In this document: piece after piece, positions 51,018 through 60,102 of the stretch
Layout: every line of letters starts with the position of its first letter
Numbering within the stretch: the stretch's first letter is position 1
Assembly: GCA_018819015.1 (NCBI GenBank)
Contig: JAHJQY010000019.1
Coordinates: 3,239-67,238 of the forward strand
Length of the DNA stretch: 64,000 nt
Direction of reading: 5' to 3'
Origin: Patescibacteria group bacterium
GTDB lineage: Bacteria; Patescibacteriota; Minisyncoccia; JAHISW01; Tagabacteraceae
Notes under the pieces: model-generated
What the model was told of the DNA's origin: nothing
The model's input: the letters and a program-made list of their open reading frames with translations, nothing else
Database searches by the model: none
Position numbers and translations under genes: made by a program

Positions 51018-52734
51018 TTTTAAATTTAAGTTGTATCTGGTGGGCTTGTTGTTCTTGTTTTTGGGCGGCTTGCTGGCAAGCCGGCTGTTTTTTATTCAGG
51101 TTAAGGGACATGATTTTTATTTGGTGCAATCCGACCGGCAATACTCTTTTTACAAATCACCGGAATCCATTTCTTTAAGGGGCAGCATTTATTTTAAGGA
51201 AAAAGGCGGCGAGATTATTTCGGCCGCGACAATTAAAGATGGTTTTTTGGTGGCGGTTAATCCGGACCTTATCAATAAACCTGAATATGTTTGCGGAGAA
51301 ATTGGCAAGATTGTTTTTGCTGGATTTGATAAAGACGATTGCGCAAAGAGAGCCGGTAAAAAGGGTGACCCCTATGAAGTTGTCGCGCATCGTTTAGATT
51401 CCGGCGAATCGGAAAAAATACAGGCATTAGGTATTGGCGGAGTGAATACTTTTCGCGAACAATGGCGTTTTTATCCCGGGAATTCGTTTGCCTCCCAGGT
51501 TTTAGGATTTGTTGGATACAAGGGAGATGATCTTGTCGGTCGTTACGGCCTTGAACAGTATTACGAAGATATTTTGAGGGGCGAGAAAGAAAATTTGAAA
51601 GAAAGCGCTTCTTTTGCTATGCTTTTTTTGGAGCTGGGAAAAAATTTTTTAGGAACCGATGCTTATGGCGGGCATGATATTGTTTTGACAATAGAGCCAA
51701 GAGTTCAAAGTTTTTTGGAAAACGTGCTGGTTGATGTTGTTGCGAAATGGAGCGCGGAAAGCGCCGGAGGCGTTATAATAGACCCTAAAACCGGCGCGAT
51801 ATACGCCATGTCAAGCAAGCCGGATTTTAACCCAAATACTTACGGCGAGGTGGATAATATTTCTTATTTTCGCAACCCGTTGGTTTCAAGTATTTTTGAG
51901 GTTGGATCAGTAATGAAAACTTTGACTTTGGCCGCCGCTTTGGATGCCGGAAAAATTACCGCCGAAACAACTTATTTTGATAATGGTTTTCTAGTTTTTA
52001 ACGGCAAAAGAATAGAAAATTATGACGGTAAGGGGCGAGGGACGATAGACATGCAAACTGTTCTTAATCAATCTTTGAACACCGGCGCGGTTTTTGCCAT
52101 GCAGCAATTGGGCAAAGATAAGTTTTTGAACTATCTGAAAAATTTCGGGCTTGATGAAATCACCGGGATTGATTTGCCTGACGAGATTGAGGGCCGTTTA
52201 ACAAATCTTTCGTCTATGCGGGATATTGAATATGCTACGGCCTCTTTCGGCCAGGGCATAGCCGTAAGCCCGATTGAATTTACCATGGCCGTTTCAAGCT
52301 TGGCCAACGGCGGACTTCTTATGGAGCCGCGCGTTGTTGAAAAAATTATTGTTCAGGGAGGACAAAACAATGAAATGAAACCGGTTATAAGTCGCAGAGT
52401 TTTAAAAAGCGAGACAAGCAGGGAAATAACAAGAATGCTGGTAAATGTTGTTGATGAAGCGCTTTTGGGGGGCGCGGAAAAAATGGAGCATTATACCGTT
52501 GCGGCAAAAACAGGAACGGCGCAACTGGTTAATGTCGGCGGAACCGGTTATTATGACGACCAGTATTTTCACTCGTTTTTTGGCTACGCTCCAGCTTTTG
52601 ACGCCAAGTTTTTAATTTTTCTTTATGTAAAAAAACCGCAGGGCGTAAAATATGCTTCCAACACTTTAACAGAGCCGTTTATGAATTTGATGAAATTTTT
52701 GTTAAATTATTATGAAGTGCCGCCGGATAGATGA
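50998..52734 (+). CDS. ftsI: Penicillin-binding protein 3 (FtsI, septal transpeptidase)
   Basis: SVMKTLT (SxxK), SLN (SxN) and KTGTAQ. It overlaps the ftsL 3' end. Confidence 0.85.
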   Translation: MASVSDNFKFKLYLVGLLFLFLGGLLASRLFFIQVKGHDFYLVQSDRQYSFYKSPESISLRGSIYFKEKGGEIISAATIKDGFLVAVNPDLINKPEYVCGEIGKIVFAGFDKDDCAKRAGKKGDPYEVVAHRLDSGESEKIQALGIGGVNTFREQWRFYPGNSFASQVLGFVGYKGDDLVGRYGLEQYYEDILRGEKENLKESASFAMLFLELGKNFLGTDAYGGHDIVLTIEPRVQSFLENVLVDVVAKWSAESAGGVIIDPKTGAIYAMSSKPDFNPNTYGEVDNISYFRNPLVSSIFEVGSVMKTLTLAAALDAGKITAETTYFDNGFLVFNGKRIENYDGKGRGTIDMQTVLNQSLNTGAVFAMQQLGKDKFLNYLKNFGLDEITGIDLPDEIEGRLTNLSSMRDIEYATASFGQGIAVSPIEFTMAVSSLANGGLLMEPRVVEKIIVQGGQNNEMKPVISRRVLKSETSREITRMLVNVVDEALLGGAEKMEHYTVAAKTGTAQLVNVGGTGYYDDQYFHSFFGYAPAFDAKFLIFLYVKKPQGVKYASNTLTEPFMNLMKFLLNYYEVPPDR

Positions 52735-54053
52735 TGAAACAAATTTTTAAAAAAATAATTGTTTTTATACTAACCCTTGAAGCCAGGGCGGTTTTGTGGA
52801 GGTATAAACCCAAAATCGCAGCCGTAACGGGAAGTGTTGGCAAGACTTCAACCAAAGAAGCGGCGGCGATTGTTTTGGGAAGAAAATTTAGCATTAGAAA
52901 AAGTCAGAAAAGTTTTAACAGCGAGATCGGCGTGCCGTTGGTGGTTTTGGGGCTTGAGAACGCCTGGCTTAATCCTTTGTTGTGGTGCGTTAATATTTTG
53001 AAAGGATTGTCTCTGTTTTTATTCAAGCATAATTATCCCGAGTGGCTTATTTTGGAGATGGGAGTGGAAAGACCGGGGGACATAGAGAGATTGGTTTCTT
53101 GGGCCAATCCTCATGTGGCGGTTGTTACGGCTTTAGCCGAAATACCCGTACATGTTGAATTTTTTGCCGGGCCAAAAGAACTTTTTAATGAAAAGGCCAA
53201 GATTTTGAAACATTTAAAAATTGATGATTACGCGGTTTTAAACTGCGATAATGATACTGTTTGCGATTTGAAAAATAAAATAAGAGCAAAAATTATTAGT
53301 TTTGGTTTTGGCGAAGGAGCCGACTTGGTCGCGTCAAATTACAGGGTTACGCCGGAAGGCATAAGTTTTAAGGTTGATTGCGATGGTAGCAGTATTCCTG
53401 TGCGGCTTTCTAATGTTTTCGGCAAACATCATGTTTATCCGGCCTTGGCGGCTCTGGCGGTTGGCAAGGCCGCCGGCATTAATTTTGTGGAGATGTCCGA
53501 CGCGCTGCTTTCTTATTTGCCTCCGCCCGGCCGCTTAAGATTGCTCAAGGGAGTAAAAAATACTTCTATTCTTGATGATACGTATAATTCTTCGCCAATG
53601 GCGCTTCGGGCCGCGCTGGAAACTTTGGCGGATATTCCGGTTTACCCCGCCGAAGGCGGGGCAGGCAGAAAAATCGCCGTGTTGGGGGACATGTTAGAGT
53701 TGGGCAAATATACGATTGAGGCGCACAGGGCGATGGCAGAGTATATTCTTAAAGCGGGTGTGGAAATTGTTTTTACTGTTGGTCCTCGCGCCAAATTTAT
53801 TGCTGAGGCCTTGAGGGAAAATGGGTTTAAGAAAAAAAATATTTTTGAATTTTCTGGTTCTGTAGAAGCGGCCAAAGAGGTGGAAAAAATTATCAAAGAA
53901 GGCGATTTGATTTTGCTGAAAGGCTCGCAATTTATGCGGATGGAAAAAATAGTGGAGGAAATTATGGCTGAGCCGGAGAAGAAAGGAGAACTTCTTGCGA
54001 GGCAGGAAAAGGCGTGGTTGAATAAAAAATTGGAAAAAAAGAGCAACGATTGA
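52731..54053 (+). CDS. murF: Mur ligase, MurF-like (UDP-MurNAc-tripeptide--D-Ala-D-Ala ligase), lacking the N-terminal domain
   Basis: VTGSVGKTSTKE P-loop and LDDTYNSSP (compare the MurF DDSYNANP). Confidence 0.7.
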   Translation: MMKQIFKKIIVFILTLEARAVLWRYKPKIAAVTGSVGKTSTKEAAAIVLGRKFSIRKSQKSFNSEIGVPLVVLGLENAWLNPLLWCVNILKGLSLFLFKHNYPEWLILEMGVERPGDIERLVSWANPHVAVVTALAEIPVHVEFFAGPKELFNEKAKILKHLKIDDYAVLNCDNDTVCDLKNKIRAKIISFGFGEGADLVASNYRVTPEGISFKVDCDGSSIPVRLSNVFGKHHVYPALAALAVGKAAGINFVEMSDALLSYLPPPGRLRLLKGVKNTSILDDTYNSSPMALRAALETLADIPVYPAEGGAGRKIAVLGDMLELGKYTIEAHRAMAEYILKAGVEIVFTVGPRAKFIAEALRENGFKKKNIFEFSGSVEAAKEVEKIIKEGDLILLKGSQFMRMEKIVEEIMAEPEKKGELLARQEKAWLNKKLEKKSND

Positions 54054-54066
54054 AAAATTAATTGAT

Positions 54067-54139
54067 GGTCCTATCGTCTAGAGGCCCAGGACGCCGCCCT
54101 CTCACGGCGGAAACGGGGGTTCAAATCCCCCTGGGACCA
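54067..54139 (+). tRNA. tRNA-Glu (anticodon CUC)
   Basis: Close to the canonical tRNA-Glu sequence (GTCTAGAGGCCCAGGAC D-arm; anticodon loop CTCTCAC; T-arm GGGGGTTCAAATCCCCC). A 7-bp acceptor stem pairs, and the discriminator is A. Confidence 0.85.
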
Positions 54140-54175
54140 CATACGGGTTTTTGTTTTCGTGTTATAATTTAATCA

Positions 54176-56836
54176 ATGTCGGACGGGAAAAAACAAAAAC
54201 CATGGCATAGTTTAAGCGCCAACGATGTTTTAAAAGAATTTTCTTCTTCTCCTCGCGGGCTCGGCTACGGCGAGGTTGAATTAAGGTTGGAAAAATACGG
54301 CCAGAATGTTTTTAAATACGAAGAAAAATTTCGCCTCCTGAAAATTATCTGGAACCAGATTAAAAGTCCATTGGTTTTTATTTTAATCATCGCCGGTTTT
54401 GTCACTTTGTTTTTGAAAGCGTATACCGACTCTGTTGTTATTCTGGTTGCCGTAACAATAAACACTATTATCGGCGTTGTTCAGGAGGGCAAAGCTTCAC
54501 AGGCATTTTCAAAATTAAGAGATTCTCAAAAAAAATACACTACAGTTATCAGAGAGAACAGGAAACAACTGATATCGGCTGAGAATGTGGTGCCCGGAGA
54601 CATTTTGGTTTTGTCTGCCGGCGACCAAGTTGCCGCCGACGCGCGCATTTTGGAAAGTAAGGGATTGGAGGTTAACGAGGCTGTTTTGACCGGTGAGTGG
54701 ATGTCTAATTTAAAAAATTCAAGAAAGATAAAAGAAGAAGTTCCATTGGCCGACAGGTCCAACATGGTTTGGATGTCTACGCTGATAACTGACGGATGGG
54801 GGACTGCCATTATCGTTGGCACCGGTTTTGATACAGAAATCGGCAAAATAGCGCAGATGCTCGGAGAAGAAAAAGCCCCACTGACAAATTTTCAAAAAAG
54901 TATAAAAAAACTCGCCAATGTAATTGGTTTAATTGTTTTGGGTACCCTGGTTATTATTTTCGCAGTAGGTGTTTTGCACAATCAGCCGATTTCTCAAATG
55001 TTTTTAGCTTCGGTTGCCATTGCGGTGGCGGCGGTTCCGGAAGGTTTGCCTGTTGTTGTTAGTGTTGTTTTGGCCATTGGCATGGAAAGAATTTTATCTA
55101 ATGGAGGCTTGATTAAGAGATTAAGCGCGGTTGAAACACTGGGTTCTGTGGATGTAATTTTGACTGATAAAACAGGGACCTTGACTCAGGCGATTATGCG
55201 CGTTTCTGATATTGTTACATTAAATTCTTTAGAACAGAAGCAAAAAAAAGATGATAAATCAAAAATTTTAGAAATGGCCATTTTAGCATCTTCTGGTTTT
55301 GTGGAAAATCCGGATGATAATTTGGCGGATTGGATTGTGCGTGGGCATCCCATGGACCAGGCGTTAATTCTGGCCGGGGCTGAGCAAAATATCCATCAAC
55401 ACACTCTTCTAAAAGAAATGCCGCGATTGGATTTTTTGGAATTTGACGCTGAAAGGCGTTTTGCCGCTTCGCTTCATGACACAAAAGGCAAGGAGAACAG
55501 AATTTTTATTACTGGCGCTCCGGAGCTTTTGCTGGATTTGTCCAAGACAATTTACAAGAGCGGGAAGGCTGTAAAATTAACAAAAAAATATAAAGAATTA
55601 TTGACTAGTGTTTTGGAAAAGCAAACTTCTTTTGGAGAAAGAGTCATAGTCGTAGCTTACAAGAATTACGCCAAGAAGGAATTTCCGAGAAACGATGGCG
55701 ATGGAGCATTTGAAGATTTTATTTTTGGTGGGTTTATTTTATTTCACGATCCACTAAGGCCTGATGCCGCTTCATCTTTTAAGAAAGCGAAATTAGCTGG
55801 CATAAAAACTATTATGGTGACAGGAGATCACAAAAAAACTGCTCAAAAAATTGGGGAAGAGGTCGGCATTTTTAAAAAGGGCGACAGGATTATTACCGGA
55901 GACATGATGGAAGAATTGACCGATGAAGACTTGAAAAAAGAGCTTGACAGGGTATCTATTTTTGCGAGAGTTTTACCTCATCAAAAATTGAGGATTGTGA
56001 AATTTTGGCAGGAGGCCGGCAAGACGGTGGCCATGACCGGTGATGGCGTCAACGACGCGCCGTCGTTGAAAAGAGCCGAAGTGGGAGTGGCTTTAAATTC
56101 CGGCACAGAAGTTGCCAAAGAGGCTTCCAGTATGATTCTTTTGAATAATAATTTTTCAGTAATAATTTCCGCAATCGGAGAAGGCAGAAAAATCCTAGTC
56201 AATTTTAGAAAGATATTAGTTTATTTGCTTTCCACTGCTTTTAGTGAAATTCTTTTAGTTTTCGTTTCTCTGGTTATTGGTGCGCCTTTGCCGATTTTAC
56301 CGGCACAGGTTTTATGGGCCAATCTTGTTGAAGAGGGGTTTATGAATTTTGCTTTTGCTTTTGAGCCAGGAGAAGATGGTATTATGGAGGTGCCGCCCAA
56401 ATCTTTTTCCTTCGATAAAATTTTGACAAACGAAGGCAGAAACATGATTATTATCTTAGCTTTTTTTACAAGTTTTCTTTTAATGGTGGTTTTTCTTTTG
56501 TCTCATTTTGTTTTTAAACACTCTTTGGATTATACGCGCACAATTGTTTTCGCTGTTCTTTCAGCAGACTCTATATTTTTTGCTTTTTCTTTAAAGAATT
56601 TTAAGAAGCCTTTGTGGCAAATAAATATTTTTTCAAATCGTTATTTAATAGTCGCTCTTTTTGTCAGTATGCTTTTTTTGGCCGCCGCTCTTTTTCTTCC
56701 GCCAATAAGAGCATTGCTTTCTTTGGAAAAATTGGGCATTTTTGATATCTTTATAGTATTATCTTTGGGGGTTCTTAACCTTTTTATTATTGAGGTCGCC
56801 AAGCATTTTTTAGTTAATAGAGAAATTAAAAAGTAG
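54176..56836 (+). CDS. P-type cation-transporting ATPase (type II, Ca2+/Mg2+-like)
   Basis: DKTGTLT, TGDHKKTA and TGDGVNDAPSL, with 10 TM helices. Confidence 0.9.
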   Translation: MSDGKKQKPWHSLSANDVLKEFSSSPRGLGYGEVELRLEKYGQNVFKYEEKFRLLKIIWNQIKSPLVFILIIAGFVTLFLKAYTDSVVILVAVTINTIIGVVQEGKASQAFSKLRDSQKKYTTVIRENRKQLISAENVVPGDILVLSAGDQVAADARILESKGLEVNEAVLTGEWMSNLKNSRKIKEEVPLADRSNMVWMSTLITDGWGTAIIVGTGFDTEIGKIAQMLGEEKAPLTNFQKSIKKLANVIGLIVLGTLVIIFAVGVLHNQPISQMFLASVAIAVAAVPEGLPVVVSVVLAIGMERILSNGGLIKRLSAVETLGSVDVILTDKTGTLTQAIMRVSDIVTLNSLEQKQKKDDKSKILEMAILASSGFVENPDDNLADWIVRGHPMDQALILAGAEQNIHQHTLLKEMPRLDFLEFDAERRFAASLHDTKGKENRIFITGAPELLLDLSKTIYKSGKAVKLTKKYKELLTSVLEKQTSFGERVIVVAYKNYAKKEFPRNDGDGAFEDFIFGGFILFHDPLRPDAASSFKKAKLAGIKTIMVTGDHKKTAQKIGEEVGIFKKGDRIITGDMMEELTDEDLKKELDRVSIFARVLPHQKLRIVKFWQEAGKTVAMTGDGVNDAPSLKRAEVGVALNSGTEVAKEASSMILLNNNFSVIISAIGEGRKILVNFRKILVYLLSTAFSEILLVFVSLVIGAPLPILPAQVLWANLVEEGFMNFAFAFEPGEDGIMEVPPKSFSFDKILTNEGRNMIIILAFFTSFLLMVVFLLSHFVFKHSLDYTRTIVFAVLSADSIFFAFSLKNFKKPLWQINIFSNRYLIVALFVSMLFLAAALFLPPIRALLSLEKLGIFDIFIVLSLGVLNLFIIEVAKHFLVNREIKK

Positions 56837-56837
56837 T

Positions 56838-57818
56838 ATGTTTTTTTATGTTTTAATTTTTATCGCCAGTTTTCTTGTTTTGGCGTGGTCAAGCGGATTT
56901 TTGGTAAAATCGCTGACGAGTTTGGCCAGATTTTTTAGCATGTCAGAATATGTTATGTCTTTTATTTTTATGAGCTTTATTACTTCTTTGCCGGAATTGT
57001 TTGTTGGTTTTTCGTCAGCCGCAAACGACATTCCCGAATTTTCTTTCGGTAATGTTTTGGGCGCGAATTTGCTTAAAATTACTTTGATGATGGGGCTTAT
57101 CGTTGTTCTTGGCAACGGTTTGCATATAAGCAGTAAAATTTCTAAAAGGAATTTTTGGATAATTTCCGGGTTTGCTTTTTTGCCGCTTTTGCTGGCTGCC
57201 GACGGAGTTCTTTCTGGGTGGGATGGGCTGGCGTTGTTGCTTGCTTTTACGTTTTACATTGTGCGCCTGAGAAGAGAAAGGGAATATTTTACCAAGACGA
57301 CGGCAATTCTCAATGGCAATTCGTTTGCCGTAAATCATCGGAGGCATCACAGTATATTAAATATTTTTGAGCATCTTTCCCGTTCGTTTATCGGGTTATT
57401 TTTATTGATTATAAGTTCTTGTGCCATTGTTTGGAGCGGAAAATATTTGGCAGAAGGAATTAATTTAAGCTTTTTATCTTTTGGCATACTTTTTGTCGCT
57501 GTCGGTACCTCCTTGCCGGAATTGATTTTTGGGGTGCGCGCCAGAATGTTAAAGCACGGTTCTATGGCGATAGGTAATGCTTTAGGAAGTATTGCCTTTA
57601 ATTCCATGTTTGTTTTGGGTCTGGTAAGCATAATGAATCCAATTAGGCTGGTTTTTTCAGCGAGCCTTGTTTCGGTTGTCGGGTTTTCTGTTGTGGCCTT
57701 TCTTTTTTTCAATGGTTTTGTGTTTAGTAAATCTTTTATTTCAAGAAAAGAAGGCATTGTTTTGCTTTTTATTTACGCATCATTTTTAGTTTTTGAATAT
57801 TTTAGTATAATTATTTGA
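56838..57818 (+). CDS. CaCA-family cation/Ca2+ exchanger (YrbG-like)
   Basis: Two alpha-repeats (GNVLGANLLKITL.. and GNALGSIAFNSMFVLG) and 10 TM helices. Confidence 0.8.
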   Translation: MFFYVLIFIASFLVLAWSSGFLVKSLTSLARFFSMSEYVMSFIFMSFITSLPELFVGFSSAANDIPEFSFGNVLGANLLKITLMMGLIVVLGNGLHISSKISKRNFWIISGFAFLPLLLAADGVLSGWDGLALLLAFTFYIVRLRREREYFTKTTAILNGNSFAVNHRRHHSILNIFEHLSRSFIGLFLLIISSCAIVWSGKYLAEGINLSFLSFGILFVAVGTSLPELIFGVRARMLKHGSMAIGNALGSIAFNSMFVLGLVSIMNPIRLVFSASLVSVVGFSVVAFLFFNGFVFSKSFISRKEGIVLLFIYASFLVFEYFSIII

Positions 57819-57820
57819 AC

Positions 57821-58852
57821 ATGGCTTTAATAATTTTGATGGCAATTTTGGGTGTTTTGGCGGGCGGTTTTTCCGTCTGGCTTATTTTTTCAAAAAGGAC
57901 GCAAAAAGAAGACGGCAGCGCCTTTTTGATGCTGCAAAAACAGCTTGAAGAAATCCGCGGAACTTTGGATAATAAACTGGGCGAATCAGCCAAAGTTATT
58001 CAGCAGCAGTTTGGGCAGAGCGCCAAAATTATCCGCGATGTTACCGAGAGCCTTGTTAAGTTGGATGAAACAAATAAGCAGGTTTTAAATTTTTCAGACC
58101 AATTAAGCAGTTTGCAGGATATTTTAAAGAACCCAAAACAAAGAGGAGTTTTGGGCGAATATTTTCTTGAAGAAACACTAAGAAATGTTTTACCTCCAAA
58201 TTCATACCAGATGCAATATAAGTTTAAGGACGGCGAGATTGTTGATGCCGTTGTTTTTGTGAAAGATAAAATTATTCCGGTGGACTCAAAATTTTCTTTG
58301 GAAAATTACGAGCGTATTTTAAATGAGCGCGACGCAGAAGAAAGGATGAAGCTGGAAAAACTTTTTAAGCAAGATTTAAAAAACAGGATTGACGAAACAT
58401 CTAAATATGTGCGGCCGCAGGAAAACACAATGGATTTTGCTTTTATGTTTATTCCGTCCGAGGCGATTTATTACGATTTATTGGTGAATAAAGTCGGAGC
58501 GGTAAAACTGGCCACGCGCGATTTGATCGAATACGCTTTCAGGGATAAACATGTGATTATTGTTTCGCCGACCAGCTTTCTGGCTTATCTGCAGACTGTT
58601 TTGCAGGGGTTAAAAGCTTTGAAAATTGAAGAGTCGGCCAAAGAAATTCGCAAGCGGGTGGAGGATTTGGGAAGGCATTTGCAGTCTTACGGCGAATTTA
58701 TGCAGAAGCTGGGAGGGCAGTTGGGGACAACGGTGAGTACTTACAATAAAGCTTCAAAAGAATTTAAGAAAATAGACAAAGATGTTTTGCGCATAGCGGG
58801 CGAGGGGATTAATACTGAAATTCTTTCCATTGATAAACCGGAGGAGATATGA
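57821..58852 (+). CDS. rmuC: DNA recombination protein RmuC
   Basis: N-terminal TM, a long coiled coil, and a conserved C-terminal block (FMFIPSEAIYYDLL...VIIVSPTSFLAYLQTV). Confidence 0.75.
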   Translation: MALIILMAILGVLAGGFSVWLIFSKRTQKEDGSAFLMLQKQLEEIRGTLDNKLGESAKVIQQQFGQSAKIIRDVTESLVKLDETNKQVLNFSDQLSSLQDILKNPKQRGVLGEYFLEETLRNVLPPNSYQMQYKFKDGEIVDAVVFVKDKIIPVDSKFSLENYERILNERDAEERMKLEKLFKQDLKNRIDETSKYVRPQENTMDFAFMFIPSEAIYYDLLVNKVGAVKLATRDLIEYAFRDKHVIIVSPTSFLAYLQTVLQGLKALKIEESAKEIRKRVEDLGRHLQSYGEFMQKLGGQLGTTVSTYNKASKEFKKIDKDVLRIAGEGINTEILSIDKPEEI

Positions 58853-58976
58853 AGGATAAAATGCTCTTTGGCCGTTTTTGTCTCGTAATTTTTATATTGT
58901 TTTTGCTTTTTTAGTTGCTATCACAGAAACTAGACGATCGTCTTAGATATGTGGTAGTATTAAATTTATAAAGACC

Positions 58977-59555
58977 ATGAAAGCAGAAAAGAAATATTTA
59001 ATGAAAAAGAAGTATTCGAGGGGTGAATTGAGTAAGGAAATTTTAAAAAGTCTGGCAATCGGCGGATTTGTGGTTGTCTGTTTTGTCGCGCCAAATTTTG
59101 CACAAGTCGCAAAATTATTTGACGCAAAAAATTCAAAAGACAGATGGCGATTGAAACGTACTTTATATAATTTGACCAAGGAGCGATTGGTTGAGATTTC
59201 TTATAATAAAAGAGGGGAGGAAACTATAAGAATCACAGGAGACGGAGAAAAAAGAATTTTGAAATACAAATACGAAGAGATAGAGATCCCCATTCCTAAA
59301 AAGTGGGATAAGTTATGGAGGTTGGTTATTTTTGATATTCCCGAAATTCATAGAAGGGCAAGAAATGCGCTAGCTTTCAAATTACAAGAGGTAGGATTTT
59401 ATCCTTTGCAAAAAAGTGTTTTTATTTTTCCTTATGAATGCAGAGACGAAATAGATTTTATTTGCGAACACTTCAAAATAAGGGAATATGTAAATTATTT
59501 CGTGGTTAAAGAGCCGGAAAATAGAGAATATCTTGGGCAGTGGTTTAATTTGTGA
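58977..59555 (+). CDS. PaaX-like transcriptional regulator, paralog of 18752-19312
   Basis: Same architecture as the first paralog (TM, then wHTH, then KWDKLWRLVIFDIPEIHRRARNALAFKLQEVGFYPLQKSVFIFPYEC). Confidence 0.6.
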   Translation: MKAEKKYLMKKKYSRGELSKEILKSLAIGGFVVVCFVAPNFAQVAKLFDAKNSKDRWRLKRTLYNLTKERLVEISYNKRGEETIRITGDGEKRILKYKYEEIEIPIPKKWDKLWRLVIFDIPEIHRRARNALAFKLQEVGFYPLQKSVFIFPYECRDEIDFICEHFKIREYVNYFVVKEPENREYLGQWFNL

Positions 59556-59700
59556 TTGATTTTGGTCGTAAATACGCAAATACAAAAATGATTTATAAAA
59601 TCATCACATAAATATGACTATCGTCCTAGTTGTGTGATGAAATGAAAATGGGATTCTGTATTGTCTTTACATTAATATTTCTTAATGCTATACTATAATC

Positions 59701-60006
59701 GGTTCTATATTGAATAGCTACCCCGCATTTCTGCGGGGAGGAAAGTCCGAACACTCGCTTTGTCTAAACATGGCAAAAAAATCTGACAAAGCAGCAGGGT
59801 AGCGGGTAACGCCCGTCCCCCGTAGAAATGCGGGGAGAGGTGCGAACAGAAACGACCCGGTTAAGTCCGGCTGAAACGGCTAAATCCTTACCTGAGTGCA
59901 AGGCCGAGTCCCGCCTTTGGCGGGAAGTGCCGCTTGATCCGTTGGGTAACCAACGAGACAGATAAATGGCTATTTAAAACAGAATTCGGCTTACGGATAT
60001 AGAACC
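59701..60006 (+). ncRNA. rnpB: RNase P RNA (bacterial type A, compact)
   Basis: P1 GGTTCTATAT/ATATAGAACC; P3 hairpin then AGGAAAGTCCGAACAC (P4 5' strand); ACAGAAAC; ...ACAGAATTCGGCTTACGG (P4 3' strand). An extended -10 (TGcTATACT, 59686-59694) lies upstream and a terminator follows. Confidence 0.8.
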
Positions 60007-60038
60007 AACCAACCCCGCTTTCGGCGGGGTTGGTTTTT
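60005..60038 (+). terminator. Rho-independent terminator after rnpB (AACCCCGC-tttcg-GCGGGGTT + T6)
   Basis: 8-bp GC stem followed by TTTTTT. Confidence 0.75.
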
Positions 60039-60102
60039 TGTTGATTTTTGATTATAATATATAGATAATATAATTATTATTATTTTTTAGTTAGTAAACA
60101 TT

